IMG/VR virus record: IMGVR_UViG_3300010052_000181
Location: 1 to 59,328 of that record
Reading direction: 5' to 3' (one strand)
From: a virus
Taxonomy: Duplodnaviria; Caudoviricetes
DNA: 59,328 bases
Shown: positions 36,463 through 45,608 of the stretch, piece after piece
Numbering within the stretch: the first letter of the stretch is position 1
How the letters are laid out: each line of letters starts with the position of its first letter
Program-made: the position numbers and the translations under genes
Notes under the pieces: generated by a model
Told to the model about the DNA's origin: nothing
Databases searched by the model: none
Seen by the model: only the letters and a program-made list of their open reading frames with translations

Positions 36463-36688
36463 GTTCCTGCCTCGTTCCGGGTGCGGCAGAATGGCCGCAA
36501 ATCATGCTTGCAATATACGCGCAGCCTAACCCTGCTAGCATCCAGAAAAGCACTACGTACCCGCTATCCCCAGTGTCCACAGGTTGTCCCCACCATCGGT
36601 GGAAAACCGCTTGGTCGGGCGGCGGCGCTGACCGCAGCTCAAACAAGTCGCCAAAAAAGAAGCCGCCCAGAGCTGTTGGCATGTCTGA

Positions 36689-38395
36689 TCAGGCGTCCTC
36701 GAGCTCGGTTTCGTCCACCTCGTCCTCGATCGATTCCGGGTCAGGATGCGGTTCTGGGGCCGTCGGTATCGCGCCGGGGCCGCCATAGGTCGCGCAGCGC
36801 AGCTCTGGCGGCAGCCAGCCCGTCGATGGCACGTTGGCCACCGCGAAGGCGACCAGCTCGGCCTTCTTCATTTTGTCCGCCTTCTTGGCTTCATCCTCGT
36901 TGATCGCCTCGCGGATCGCCTGAACAACCAGGGGCTTCGCGACGCCACCGAAATAGTCGGCCGGATCGAAAGCACCCGTGAGAGCTAGCTCCATCCGCTT
37001 GCCGTCGATCGCATTGGCGAGCGGTGCCGCCATGGCGTCGAAGATGACGTTGCCGCTGTTGTGGCGCTGCAGATCCAGCGCCTCGCCGGCGAGCCCGGCC
37101 GCCACCTTGAAGAGATCGGCGTCGTTCATCGCAGAAAAGCGTTGAAAGAGAATGCTGAACTTTTCCGGTTGACGGCCGCCGCTCCGATAGCCGTTGATCG
37201 ATGCTTTCAGCGGACCATCGTTCCAGCTCGTCAGGCCCGCCAGCAAGGCGACGAGACCGACGCGCGGCTCTTCTGCCAGTGCTGTCCTGGTGCCCATCGT
37301 GGCGGCCACGCTGAGGCGGTGCATCATGGCATTGGAGACCGTCGGCGGGGCCGGCGCCTTGCCGTCAGCCTTGTCCTTGGCCTTCTTCTCTTTTTTGGCT
37401 TCCTCGGGCTTCACGACGCCGTAGGTGATCAACAGCTTGCCCTTGTGGTCGAGATCGACGACCGCGCCGGACTTCGCCTTTTCCGCCTTGGTGGCCTTCT
37501 TCTTGTTGAGCGAAAGCTTATCCCACGACCAGGACCAACCCTGTGGCATCTCCGATGCAACCGAGGCCCACGACCAGCCGTCGCCGAGGAGCTCCGCAGC
37601 CTTTGCTGTCAGCTTCTCATCGGCCAGTTTTTTCAGCAGTGCCTTGTCGGATACGACGTGATCCTCGCCGAAGAGGTCCTCGACGACTGCCCCGCCGGCC
37701 TTGACGAAAGCTTTGTCGCCAACGAAGGCGAGCAGCTTTCCGACATCACGATCGCCGGCGCCGAACTCCTGTTTGACGTAGTGGTACCAGAGGCCGCCCG
37801 ACTTCTTGAGCTTCTTGAAAACGCGCTCTTGCTCGTCGATCGAGGGCGCCAAAGTGAAGGCGCGCACCGTTTCGATGAGACTGCCGCGATCGGCGTCGCC
37901 GGCGCGCCACCAGTCCAGCACCAAGGGTGACAGCCGGCCGAGCGCGAGCATGCGGCGGACACGCTTCGGCTCAATCCCGAACCTGCTAGCAATCTGGGTT
38001 TCTGATAGTCCGCGATCAGCGAGCTCCCGGAAGGTCTCGAAGGTGTCGGCCTCGTGCTGGGGTAGCCGGATCAGGTTCTCCGCCTGGCTGATCTCGCGCG
38101 CCGTGGTATCGTCCTCGTCGCCGACGATGACCGGAACCGGGTATTGGTCCGTGACGGGGACGCCGGCGATCGTGCCGCCGGTCGAGGCGAGCTCGCACAT
38201 GACGCGGTACCGGCGATGCCCGGCGATGATCCTGAACTTCTTGCCGGCGGCGCGGACGCGCAGGGATTGCGCCAAGCCGTGAGCGGCGATCGATGCCTTC
38301 AGCTCGTCAAGACCTTCGTCGGATTTCAGGCGGCGGGCGTTGATGCTGTCGTCTGGCTCGAGGTCGACGAGCGCTACTGACGTGATGTCGGTCAT
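36689..38395 (-). CDS. ParB/RepB/Spo0J family protein (long form)
   Basis: LKASIAAHGL.Q.L.V, IIAGHRRY, AENLIR, HTH. Confidence 0.88.
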   Translation of the reverse strand: MTDITSVALVDLEPDDSINARRLKSDEGLDELKASIAAHGLAQSLRVRAAGKKFRIIAGHRRYRVMCELASTGGTIAGVPVTDQYPVPVIVGDEDDTTAREISQAENLIRLPQHEADTFETFRELADRGLSETQIASRFGIEPKRVRRMLALGRLSPLVLDWWRAGDADRGSLIETVRAFTLAPSIDEQERVFKKLKKSGGLWYHYVKQEFGAGDRDVGKLLAFVGDKAFVKAGGAVVEDLFGEDHVVSDKALLKKLADEKLTAKAAELLGDGWSWASVASEMPQGWSWSWDKLSLNKKKATKAEKAKSGAVVDLDHKGKLLITYGVVKPEEAKKEKKAKDKADGKAPAPPTVSNAMMHRLSVAATMGTRTALAEEPRVGLVALLAGLTSWNDGPLKASINGYRSGGRQPEKFSILFQRFSAMNDADLFKVAAGLAGEALDLQRHNSGNVIFDAMAAPLANAIDGKRMELALTGAFDPADYFGGVAKPLVVQAIREAINEDEAKKADKMKKAELVAFAVANVPSTGWLPPELRCATYGGPGAIPTAPEPHPDPESIEDEVDETELEDA

Positions 38396-40371
38396 GTCGG
38401 TGTCCTTTCGGTTTCAGAATCGGAAGTGCGCCCGATCTTGAAATTGAGCTTCAAGAAGGCGGCCTGGCGGGCGACGTTGACGTATGGCCGGCCTAACTGT
38501 TGCGCTGTTTCAGTCAGCGACTTCCCGGAGGCGGATGCCTGACGCAGGATCTCGTATTCTGCGTCTGTCCACGCTACGCGCTGCTTCAAGCCGAGATTGC
38601 TGGCGCGGGTGCGTATCGAGGCGATCGGGCGCCCCAGCTTCTCCGCGATCTCCTTGACCGGCATCTTGGCGGCATAGAGCTCCTTCAGCCGCTCGATTTC
38701 TTCGTGGGACCAAGGATCGGCGCCGCGCACCAGGTTGTTCTTCTGGGCAAACTTCAGGATGGACGTTAGTCCGCGCTCGTAGCCGGCGTCGCGAAGCTGC
38801 TGGACAATCTCGCGGTAGGGGAGGCCGCCCGTCAGGCCGGCAATGGCAATCGCCTTCTCGGGTTCGGTCCAGTAGTTCACACGATCGCGCGTGATCCCGA
38901 GCGCGATCGCTCGCATTTGGACCGCGACGCGGCCGCGCTTGAACCCGCGCTCCTCAAGCAGCTTGACGATATCGATGATGCGGACCTCGCGGACATATGC
39001 ATCACGCAGGATTTCATCTTCGTCATCGGACCAGCTTGCGATGGCATTCTGGCTGATCAGGCCAAGGCCGTGAGCCCGCATCGATATGGTGCTGGTTGAT
39101 ACCTGCAGGCCGAGATCGGCAAGAGCCTTGCCAATATCCGCGAGCGGCATGCCAGCGGCGTAGCCGTCACGTATTGTCTTGTCCCAATCTTGATCCCAGT
39201 CGATGCCACGGCGGCCAAGCTTCTTACCCGCGACTACAGTTGCGGTCGCGGTCGTCGCGAGGGGCGGCGGGGCATCCGGGACCTGACCTAGCAGCGACAG
39301 CGCCGCGGCGGCTGACATCGCCGGAGGCGTCAGGATCTCGGGTGCGGCGCCTTTGTGGCGGGAAACGACCGGCCCAGCCCGAAACCTGATCCGCCGAGGC
39401 CCAGCGATCGCCGGCCCCATCGCGAGGAATTCGCCATCGGCCAATGTGCGCAGCGCGCGGGAGTGGCCAAGAGTGAAGCCGAGTAAAGCGCCAGCCCGCT
39501 CCATGTCTCGGTCAAAGATCGTGCGCCCGACAACCACATTGGTGGCCTTGGAGACCACCGCTTTGGCGGTCTCGGCGATACGCTGCGTCGCAATGACGCC
39601 GGCGATCCCCCGCTTGCGTCCCCGCCCCATGAGATCTGCGAGCATCGCAGACGATCGCTTGCGGACATCGGCTGTGACATCGCCGGTGTCGTAGTGCGGT
39701 GCCAGCGTCTGCGCCTCGTCGATCAGCACCAGCAACGGGTGCCAGTGGGCTTCCGGCGCGGCGACGAGGCCTTCGGCGAGATCGGCCGCGATATCAAGGC
39801 GCTGCTCGGAGGTCGCGTCCGACAGATCGAGGACGGCGCTGTAACGATGCTCACGAAAATGGGCGGCGAATCGGTCGGCGCCAACCCGCAGGACCTCGGC
39901 CGTTGTCAGCACGGCGACGTCGAAGTGCTCCTTCAGCGTGGAGAACTCGCCATCGGGATCGATGAGCAGCTGCTGGACGCGGCCGAAGGCCTGCTCAAAC
40001 AGGCGGCGTAGCAGCATCGACTTGCCGGCACCGCTGTTGCCCTGGATGAGCATGCGCCCTTCGATCAGTTTCGGAAGATCGATACCGACAGGCTCGGCCT
40101 TCGACGTCGCCCCGATTTCGACATCGCTGTCGCGCAAGGGGCGCGCCGGCGTCGAGGTTTCAGCTTCTTCGACCGGAGGCCTGGGCTCCCGCGCATGGAT
40201 AGGTTCCTGTGGCGGCTCGATGCGAACCGGGGAAGGAACACCGGATTCCTGGGCGAGCAGCTGCATCACCTTGCGGTCGGCTTCCGACAGCTTCGACACG
40301 TCCTTGGGGAAAACGATCCCGAAGCGGCGGTCTATCGGCCGCTCGGGAGCTTCACGCACGCTCGTTTGCAT
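38392..40371 (-). CDS. HerA/FtsK-like (DUF87/DUF853) ATPase with five C-terminal Myb/GcrA-like HTH repeats
   Basis: GNSGAGKS, IDPDGEF, LIDEA, GRKRG, ATQR; five W[ST]xxE-type repeats. Confidence 0.85.
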   Translation of the reverse strand: MQTSVREAPERPIDRRFGIVFPKDVSKLSEADRKVMQLLAQESGVPSPVRIEPPQEPIHAREPRPPVEEAETSTPARPLRDSDVEIGATSKAEPVGIDLPKLIEGRMLIQGNSGAGKSMLLRRLFEQAFGRVQQLLIDPDGEFSTLKEHFDVAVLTTAEVLRVGADRFAAHFREHRYSAVLDLSDATSEQRLDIAADLAEGLVAAPEAHWHPLLVLIDEAQTLAPHYDTGDVTADVRKRSSAMLADLMGRGRKRGIAGVIATQRIAETAKAVVSKATNVVVGRTIFDRDMERAGALLGFTLGHSRALRTLADGEFLAMGPAIAGPRRIRFRAGPVVSRHKGAAPEILTPPAMSAAAALSLLGQVPDAPPPLATTATATVVAGKKLGRRGIDWDQDWDKTIRDGYAAGMPLADIGKALADLGLQVSTSTISMRAHGLGLISQNAIASWSDDEDEILRDAYVREVRIIDIVKLLEERGFKRGRVAVQMRAIALGITRDRVNYWTEPEKAIAIAGLTGGLPYREIVQQLRDAGYERGLTSILKFAQKNNLVRGADPWSHEEIERLKELYAAKMPVKEIAEKLGRPIASIRTRASNLGLKQRVAWTDAEYEILRQASASGKSLTETAQQLGRPYVNVARQAAFLKLNFKIGRTSDSETERTPT

Positions 40372-40558
40372 ATCGATTCCTCCGATTTCCGATGAGATCG
40401 CGCCACTCGCCGGCGCCTTCGACATCGCGCTGCGCGGCGAGATCGATACCGTGTGAGAGCTCTTGCGCGGCTCGGCGCAGGAGATCGGCCTGCCAGTCCG
40501 CCATGCGGTCGGCGAGGTCGTCCCAATCCAAACCAAGGCGGGCGAGGGGGCCGGTCAT
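40352..40558 (-). CDS. Hypothetical protein
   Basis: ATGA coupling to upstream gene. Confidence 0.5.
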   Translation of the reverse strand: MTGPLARLGLDWDDLADRMADWQADLLRRAAQELSHGIDLAAQRDVEGAGEWRDLIGNRRNRYANERA

Positions 40559-41040
40559 CGCTGCCCCCCGACACCGGCGCAAAGCCGGTAGATCTCGGTC
40601 AGCGCCGCGAGCTGGCGGCCGAGCCCGGCGATCGTGCGCGCCGACGGATCGTCGGTCAGAACAAGCCCGGCGTTGACATGGGCGTCGGCCAGCAGGAATT
40701 CCTGCTCGATAGTCTCGACACCTTCCTTGACCGAAACGATCTGCCAGTCGTCGCCCTTGCGGCGGATGATCCGCTCCACCTGCTGGCCGGCGAGATAGTA
40801 CCGCCAGACCACATCCGATGTCGGTGTCGGTTTCGGCGCGGTGTCGCCGGCGCGTACCAGCGTGACGCCTTCACCTGCGAGCAGCCGGATCAGGTGGTCG
40901 GCGCGCAGCCTGACCTGCTCGCAGGCCTCCGGATTGAATGAGGCATATTCCTGCCAGAGCGGGCGGACGAGGCCTCCCAGCCGTTCACGCCGCATGACAT
41001 CGGCGAGAATGTCCCTGATCTCGCGTGGGGCCTCGTCCAT
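40555..41040 (-). CDS. Hypothetical protein
   Basis: GGAGG RBS; in operon. Confidence 0.65.
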   Translation of the reverse strand: MDEAPREIRDILADVMRRERLGGLVRPLWQEYASFNPEACEQVRLRADHLIRLLAGEGVTLVRAGDTAPKPTPTSDVVWRYYLAGQQVERIIRRKGDDWQIVSVKEGVETIEQEFLLADAHVNAGLVLTDDPSARTIAGLGRQLAALTEIYRLCAGVGGQR

Positions 41041-41041
41041 G

Positions 41042-41773
41042 TCAGGCCGACCTCCGATAAAGAGGAATGACCTTCGGCGCGACGCCCTCGGGGCAGAAGC
41101 GATAGCCCTGGCCCCAGACGTTCTCGATCACGTTGATCCCGCCTGTCGCGGCCGTCAGCTTCTTGCGGAGCTTGCAGACGAAGACGTCGACGATCTTGAC
41201 CTGGGGCTCGTCGCGCTCGTTGTAGAGCGCGAGCATGCACATCGCCCGGCTGACCAGCACGCCCGGCCTTGATGCCAAGAGATCGAACAGGCGATTTTCC
41301 TGCCCGGTCAGGCCAACGGTGACGGCACCCTCGATCGCTGACTTGTCGGGAGTGTAGACGGCGCCACCTGGCAACGCGACGAACGGAAGGGCGCGGTCTC
41401 GCTCCCGGCGATGCAATGCCTGCAGGCGGGCAACGGTCTCGCGGTCGTCGATCGGCGCATGCTGGGTGTCATCTGCCCCGGCGTTCAGCACCATGACCCG
41501 TTCGCGCATCGGTCGACCGGCATCGACGGAGCGGCCGGTCAGGATGACAAGCAGTGGGTTGCGGATTCCTGTCTCGCGGAACTCGCGACAGATTTCGACT
41601 GCGCTCGCCCATCCTCCGATCCAGAACACACCAACGCATTCGGGGTCGCGATAGAGGGCTGAAGCCAGGGCCTGCAGCGACGCCGCGGTCTCGCAATCTA
41701 TGCCAGCGAGTGAGGCCGCGACGCTGGCGGCCGACGTGACGGTTGGATCCGGGGAGTACAGGGCGGCGTTCAT
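41042..41773 (-). CDS. CtrA-like OmpR-family regulator with degenerate receiver domain
   Basis: DEPQVKIVDVFVCKLRKKL..ATGG.N.IENVWGQGY closely follows the CtrA DNA-binding domain; GADD motif. Confidence 0.85.
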   Translation of the reverse strand: MNAALYSPDPTVTSAASVAASLAGIDCETAASLQALASALYRDPECVGVFWIGGWASAVEICREFRETGIRNPLLVILTGRSVDAGRPMRERVMVLNAGADDTQHAPIDDRETVARLQALHRRERDRALPFVALPGGAVYTPDKSAIEGAVTVGLTGQENRLFDLLASRPGVLVSRAMCMLALYNERDEPQVKIVDVFVCKLRKKLTAATGGINVIENVWGQGYRFCPEGVAPKVIPLYRRSA

Positions 41774-41856
41774 GGCGTGGCCCCTGCGGTCAGAACGATG
41801 GCGAGGATGAAGCCCGTCGCCGTCGCGAACGCGAGATAGGGCAGGGCGCGCGTCAT
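41770..41856 (-). CDS. 28-aa membrane peptide (MTRALPYLAFATATGFILAIVLTAGATP)
   Basis: ATGA overlaps at both ends. Confidence 0.5.
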   Translation of the reverse strand: MTRALPYLAFATATGFILAIVLTAGATP

Positions 41857-42146
41857 GCCGACACCCGTTCAGCGGTCACGATGCCCGTTTCGGTCTTATC
41901 CAGCGGCCGGAACCTATAGGCGCCGAAAGGCCACTCGCCATATTCCGGGTCGACTCCCCGAAGGACCTCGACCAGCAAGACGCCGGGCTCGTCGAGCGGA
42001 CGTCCGAACAGCTTCGAAAACAGCGGGTCGGGGTCGACAACCGCGCGGACAGTGTAGGTGCGTCCGCGCACGATCTCCACGGTGCCGAAGACATTGGTGA
42101 AGGTGTCATCGACGCAAACTACGGTCTGGCCGGGATGAAACATCAT
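41853..42146 (-). CDS. Hypothetical phage protein
   Basis: F.PGQ.VVCVDD...YTVR...F...RFRPL; ATGA coupling. Confidence 0.65.
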   Translation of the reverse strand: MMFHPGQTVVCVDDTFTNVFGTVEIVRGRTYTVRAVVDPDPLFSKLFGRPLDEPGVLLVEVLRGVDPEYGEWPFGAYRFRPLDKTETGIVTAERVSA

Positions 42147-42745
42147 GCCGCCCTCGCTTTCCCGGTCCTCAAATCCATGAAGGCCTTCTGCCAGCGCTGA
42201 GGGATGAAGGTGCATCTCGCCCAGGCGGAGGCGACGCCGACGGCCTCGGCCGCATCGCGCTGCGCCTGCACCGACCCCGGCAACAGGATCTTCTGCAAGA
42301 CAGCGCGGTCGACGGCCGCCTGCTTCCAGTCATCGTCTCGCGGCTTCCAGCCCTTGCCGAAATAGCTTGAGCGCCATGTCGACACGGCGACAAGGCCCCA
42401 GGGAACCCTGCTGATTTCGCATGCCGCTGCCGCTCCGCCAGCGAGCCCGGACAACTGCAGGGCGTTCGGGTTGATGGTCTTGACCTGCTTATCCTCGCCG
42501 GTCTCAGGGTCGCGCTTGGTGCGGTCGAACTGGGCGACACTGCGTTGGGGCATCTCGATCGCCACGAAATCGGGGCGGCGGGCCTGCCAGCGCTGGAAAA
42601 GGTAGTGGGCGAGGTCGGCTGCCTTGTCTTCGGCGTTCTCGCCCTCGGACTCGACGGCCAGACATTTCCAATGCGATGGCGGCAACGCGCTATCGAGATC
42701 GCAAAGACCAGTGCGCGTTGCGACATCTAAGCCGACGATCAGCAT
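42143..42745 (-). CDS. RuvC-like Holliday junction resolvase
   Basis: IVGLD.ATRTG, VAIE, DAAEA acidic residues. Confidence 0.75.
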   Translation of the reverse strand: MLIVGLDVATRTGLCDLDSALPPSHWKCLAVESEGENAEDKAADLAHYLFQRWQARRPDFVAIEMPQRSVAQFDRTKRDPETGEDKQVKTINPNALQLSGLAGGAAAACEISRVPWGLVAVSTWRSSYFGKGWKPRDDDWKQAAVDRAVLQKILLPGSVQAQRDAAEAVGVASAWARCTFIPQRWQKAFMDLRTGKARAA

Positions 42746-42854
42746 GGTTCCCTCGAATAGGCGTGGCGGGCGGCGGGCTGGGCCCCTACGGTCGTGCCGT
42801 TCCGAAACGGTGCTGGAGGCCTTGCGAGCCGTGCCAGACCGCCCTCTGGGTTAT

Positions 42855-43358
42855 TCAGTGTGGGCCTGCGGCAGCGGGCGCGCCGTCGCCTTCCCAGGCC
42901 TTGCTGGCGGCCGCGGCGACCGGATCGACGCCGTCGCTCTTGTCGACCACATCCTTGGCAACCGCGGCGGCCCCGAGCCCGAAGCCGGCGAAATCAGCGC
43001 CGAGAGCCTCGACGATGCCGCGCGCATAGCTGCGGTCCTCATCCTCCATCTCGTCGATCGCGCTGACGGCCTTCTCCCTGGCGCCGGCGAGGCCTTCCTC
43101 ATATTTGCGGATGCGGCGCTGGCCGTTGACGATAGCTGAGAGGACGCCCTTCTTGACGCCGACCTTCTTGGCGTCGGCGTATATGGCCGCCTGGTCGGAA
43201 TTGACTGACTTGTTGAGGGCGCGCTTCTTCTGCTTGTAGTCGGCGTCGAGCTGGGCAAGCCGGTTTTCGCGGTCCTGCTCCATCCGATCGAGCTCGTCGG
43301 CGAACGACGCCGCCTCCGACTCCGTAGCGCGGTTAGCGCCCTCGTGGACCTTTGGCAT
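42855..43358 (-). CDS. GapR/DUF2312-like DNA-binding protein (divergent)
   Basis: F.DELDR.E ... D...IYADAK..G....VL..IV..R pattern. Confidence 0.55.
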   Translation of the reverse strand: MPKVHEGANRATESEAASFADELDRMEQDRENRLAQLDADYKQKKRALNKSVNSDQAAIYADAKKVGVKKGVLSAIVNGQRRIRKYEEGLAGAREKAVSAIDEMEDEDRSYARGIVEALGADFAGFGLGAAAVAKDVVDKSDGVDPVAAAASKAWEGDGAPAAAGPH

Positions 43359-44665
43359 CAGCGTATCCTTTCCGCCGAGCGCAGCCCGGCTTTTTGACGT
43401 TGGCTGGCCGGCGTGAACGCCAGGCGGCTGTGGTAGGGGCAGTAGGGCGCGACGGCGGTCGCATTGCCGCAGAACGCGAAGTCAGGAAGCTGCGGATCGC
43501 CCTGCGGCCACTTGCAGGTCTGTTCGGTGAGCTGCGTCAGCGTCAGTTTGCGCGACGTCGGAACCTCAAGAACGATGGGCCGGCGCGCTTCGCCGGCGAT
43601 CAGATGCGGGGCCAGGCCCTGCGACGAGGCGCGATCAGCCGCGCGCTGCTTGAAATCGAATTGGTTGGTCTTTGGCTTGCCGCCGGGAAGGACGGCCAAG
43701 AGCGGCGATGGTTTTACAACCTTGGGTGCCGCCACCTTTCTGGACTTCGGCGTCCTTGCGCCCCTCACGGAACCGGCCGGTGGCAGCAGGCCGGCAACCT
43801 GCAGCCGGGCAATGACGGTAACGACCTGATTCCGGCTTTCGAGGCGGAGGCGGGTTGCGATCGTGGAGGCCGAGTGCCCGGCCTTTGCCAACGGCAGCAC
43901 GGCCGCTTCCTTCTGGCGCGAACTGAGCATCGTCCATGGGATGGAGGGATCAGGCGCGGCAGGAAGAATGCCCGAGACGGCGGGAGGAGGTGCCGCCTCG
44001 GGCGCGGTCACCGGCTGGGAGGAGGTAGCCGGTGTCTCTGATGGGGAAGGCCCTCCGGAGAGGGGAGGTGCTGCACAGTCGGGTTTCTCGGCTTTGCCAG
44101 CAGCATCCTCGGCGGCCCTGACACCGCCCCTTTTCGCGGAAATGGGTGCGGGTCTCTCCCCGCCGTCACGCCTGATAGGAGGTGGCGTTCCCCCTGCATG
44201 GACCGCCCCATGCGGCCTACTCACCTCTCCCGTCATCGGGTCGCCTTCCGCGGCGATGATCCGATCGTTGTCCTCGGAGGCTTTCGCTTCGGGATTGATT
44301 TCTCCGACGAGGGCCGGATTGGATACCGGGGCAATTTGCCCATTTGCGGGGATCGTCTGCCTTCCCAGGACAGCACTCACCTCGCCGGAGGCCGGGCTTT
44401 CATCGCTGTCGCGCCCGGCAGGCGACGCTCCCAAGGATGGCGGAGACGGTATCGCGTCATCCCCGCCGCTTTGCGATTCCTCGATACTGTTTTTTGCCCA
44501 AGCCTCGCGCCGGATCAGCGCGGCGAGACGATCGACTTCCTTGCGTGGTGCCTTCAGCTTGAAGGCGATCGTGCTGGGTGCCTGATCGGCGGCCAGCAGC
44601 TCGCGCACAGCAGCAGTCTGCCGCTCTACCGACATCCGATCCCATTTCGCAGGGGCGGCGCTCAT
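43358..44665 (-). CDS. gcrA: GcrA-family regulator with long N-terminal extension
   Basis: GHSASTIA.RL...SRNQV...IARL and LTLTQLTEQTCKWPQGDP...FCG......YCPYH. Confidence 0.85.
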   Translation of the reverse strand: MSAAPAKWDRMSVERQTAAVRELLAADQAPSTIAFKLKAPRKEVDRLAALIRREAWAKNSIEESQSGGDDAIPSPPSLGASPAGRDSDESPASGEVSAVLGRQTIPANGQIAPVSNPALVGEINPEAKASEDNDRIIAAEGDPMTGEVSRPHGAVHAGGTPPPIRRDGGERPAPISAKRGGVRAAEDAAGKAEKPDCAAPPLSGGPSPSETPATSSQPVTAPEAAPPPAVSGILPAAPDPSIPWTMLSSRQKEAAVLPLAKAGHSASTIATRLRLESRNQVVTVIARLQVAGLLPPAGSVRGARTPKSRKVAAPKVVKPSPLLAVLPGGKPKTNQFDFKQRAADRASSQGLAPHLIAGEARRPIVLEVPTSRKLTLTQLTEQTCKWPQGDPQLPDFAFCGNATAVAPYCPYHSRLAFTPASQRQKAGLRSAERIR

Positions 44666-44961
44666 GATGCCGCCCTCGGATTCAGGAAGGTCGGCAGCCC
44701 CTCGGAAACTCGGATGGTATCGACGAAGCGGAAGAAAGCCGCGACCGTAAGGCGCCGGGTCTTCTCACCATCGCGCTCGACCCGGACCTCGCCACGCTGC
44801 GAGAACGACGCCTGGTAGTTCCGGGCGGCGAGGAAATGACGGACGGCGTCGAAGTCGTTCGATGTACCGGGCTCAAACCGGCGGGGTCCGCCGTTCTCCC
44901 GGAGCCAGTCTTCGATCGTTTGCCTGACCGCCGGCTCCACGTCTTTGATCGCCGGGCGCAT
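44662..44961 (-). CDS. Hypothetical phage protein
   Basis: TGATG/ATGA coupling. Confidence 0.65.
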   Translation of the reverse strand: MRPAIKDVEPAVRQTIEDWLRENGGPRRFEPGTSNDFDAVRHFLAARNYQASFSQRGEVRVERDGEKTRRLTVAAFFRFVDTIRVSEGLPTFLNPRAAS

Positions 44962-45437
44962 CAGGCGTCTCCGGCGAAGGTTTCGATTCCGGCGCGATCC
45001 AGTGCGCCAGAGAGTCGCCCCAGAGCGCGGATCTGGCGGCCATCCAGAGGCGCGCCCTCAGCGGCAAGTAGCGCCGCCAGCCTGTTGGCGGTGGCCGCAA
45101 GTTTGAGACGTTCACGTCTAGCCTCCTCGAGCGCCTTCAGTTCCTTGAGCGCTTGTACCTCGTGATATTCTGCGGTCCTGGCCTCACCGTAGAACCACGA
45201 TTTCACGCGGTTCCACGTCAGGGCTTCGAGCCGCAGCGGGAATCTCTCGTCGACCAACCCATTGTAGACCGCCGAGATCTGGCTCTTCCAGCCGCCGCCG
45301 GGAGCCATGATCTGGCCGATCTCCTTCGTCAGGCACTGGGCGGTCGCGACGCTAGACATGACACGACCGCCTGGCCGGAAGCGCTCCGAATGGAATTCTG
45401 AGAGCTCCGAAGACCTTTCCGAGAAGTCCGAATGCAT
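44961..45437 (-). CDS. CII-position regulator-like protein
   Basis: Follows cro; TWNRVKSWFYGEAR HTH-like motif; start uncertain (45437 or 45359). Confidence 0.55.
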   Translation of the reverse strand: MHSDFSERSSELSEFHSERFRPGGRVMSSVATAQCLTKEIGQIMAPGGGWKSQISAVYNGLVDERFPLRLEALTWNRVKSWFYGEARTAEYHEVQALKELKALEEARRERLKLAATANRLAALLAAEGAPLDGRQIRALGRLSGALDRAGIETFAGDA

Positions 45438-45608
45438 CTGCCGTACCCCTGTTTCCAGCGACGGAACTTCTGGGGTGCAGCGATGAGCAGACGGAGAAAG
45501 TTGGATGGCCCACGAACGCAGAACGAAATACGTGGGCCACCAGGGCCGGCCGCCGGGAAGAGAAGCTCCGGCGGCCGGTGCGCGCAAATGGGAGGAAGCG
45601 CGGGGAAA

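Noticed and set aside
36236-36682. 148-aa minus-strand ORF
   Set aside because: Crosses a regulatory-looking gap; the 59-aa ORF at 36283-36462 in another frame has a better RBS and composition
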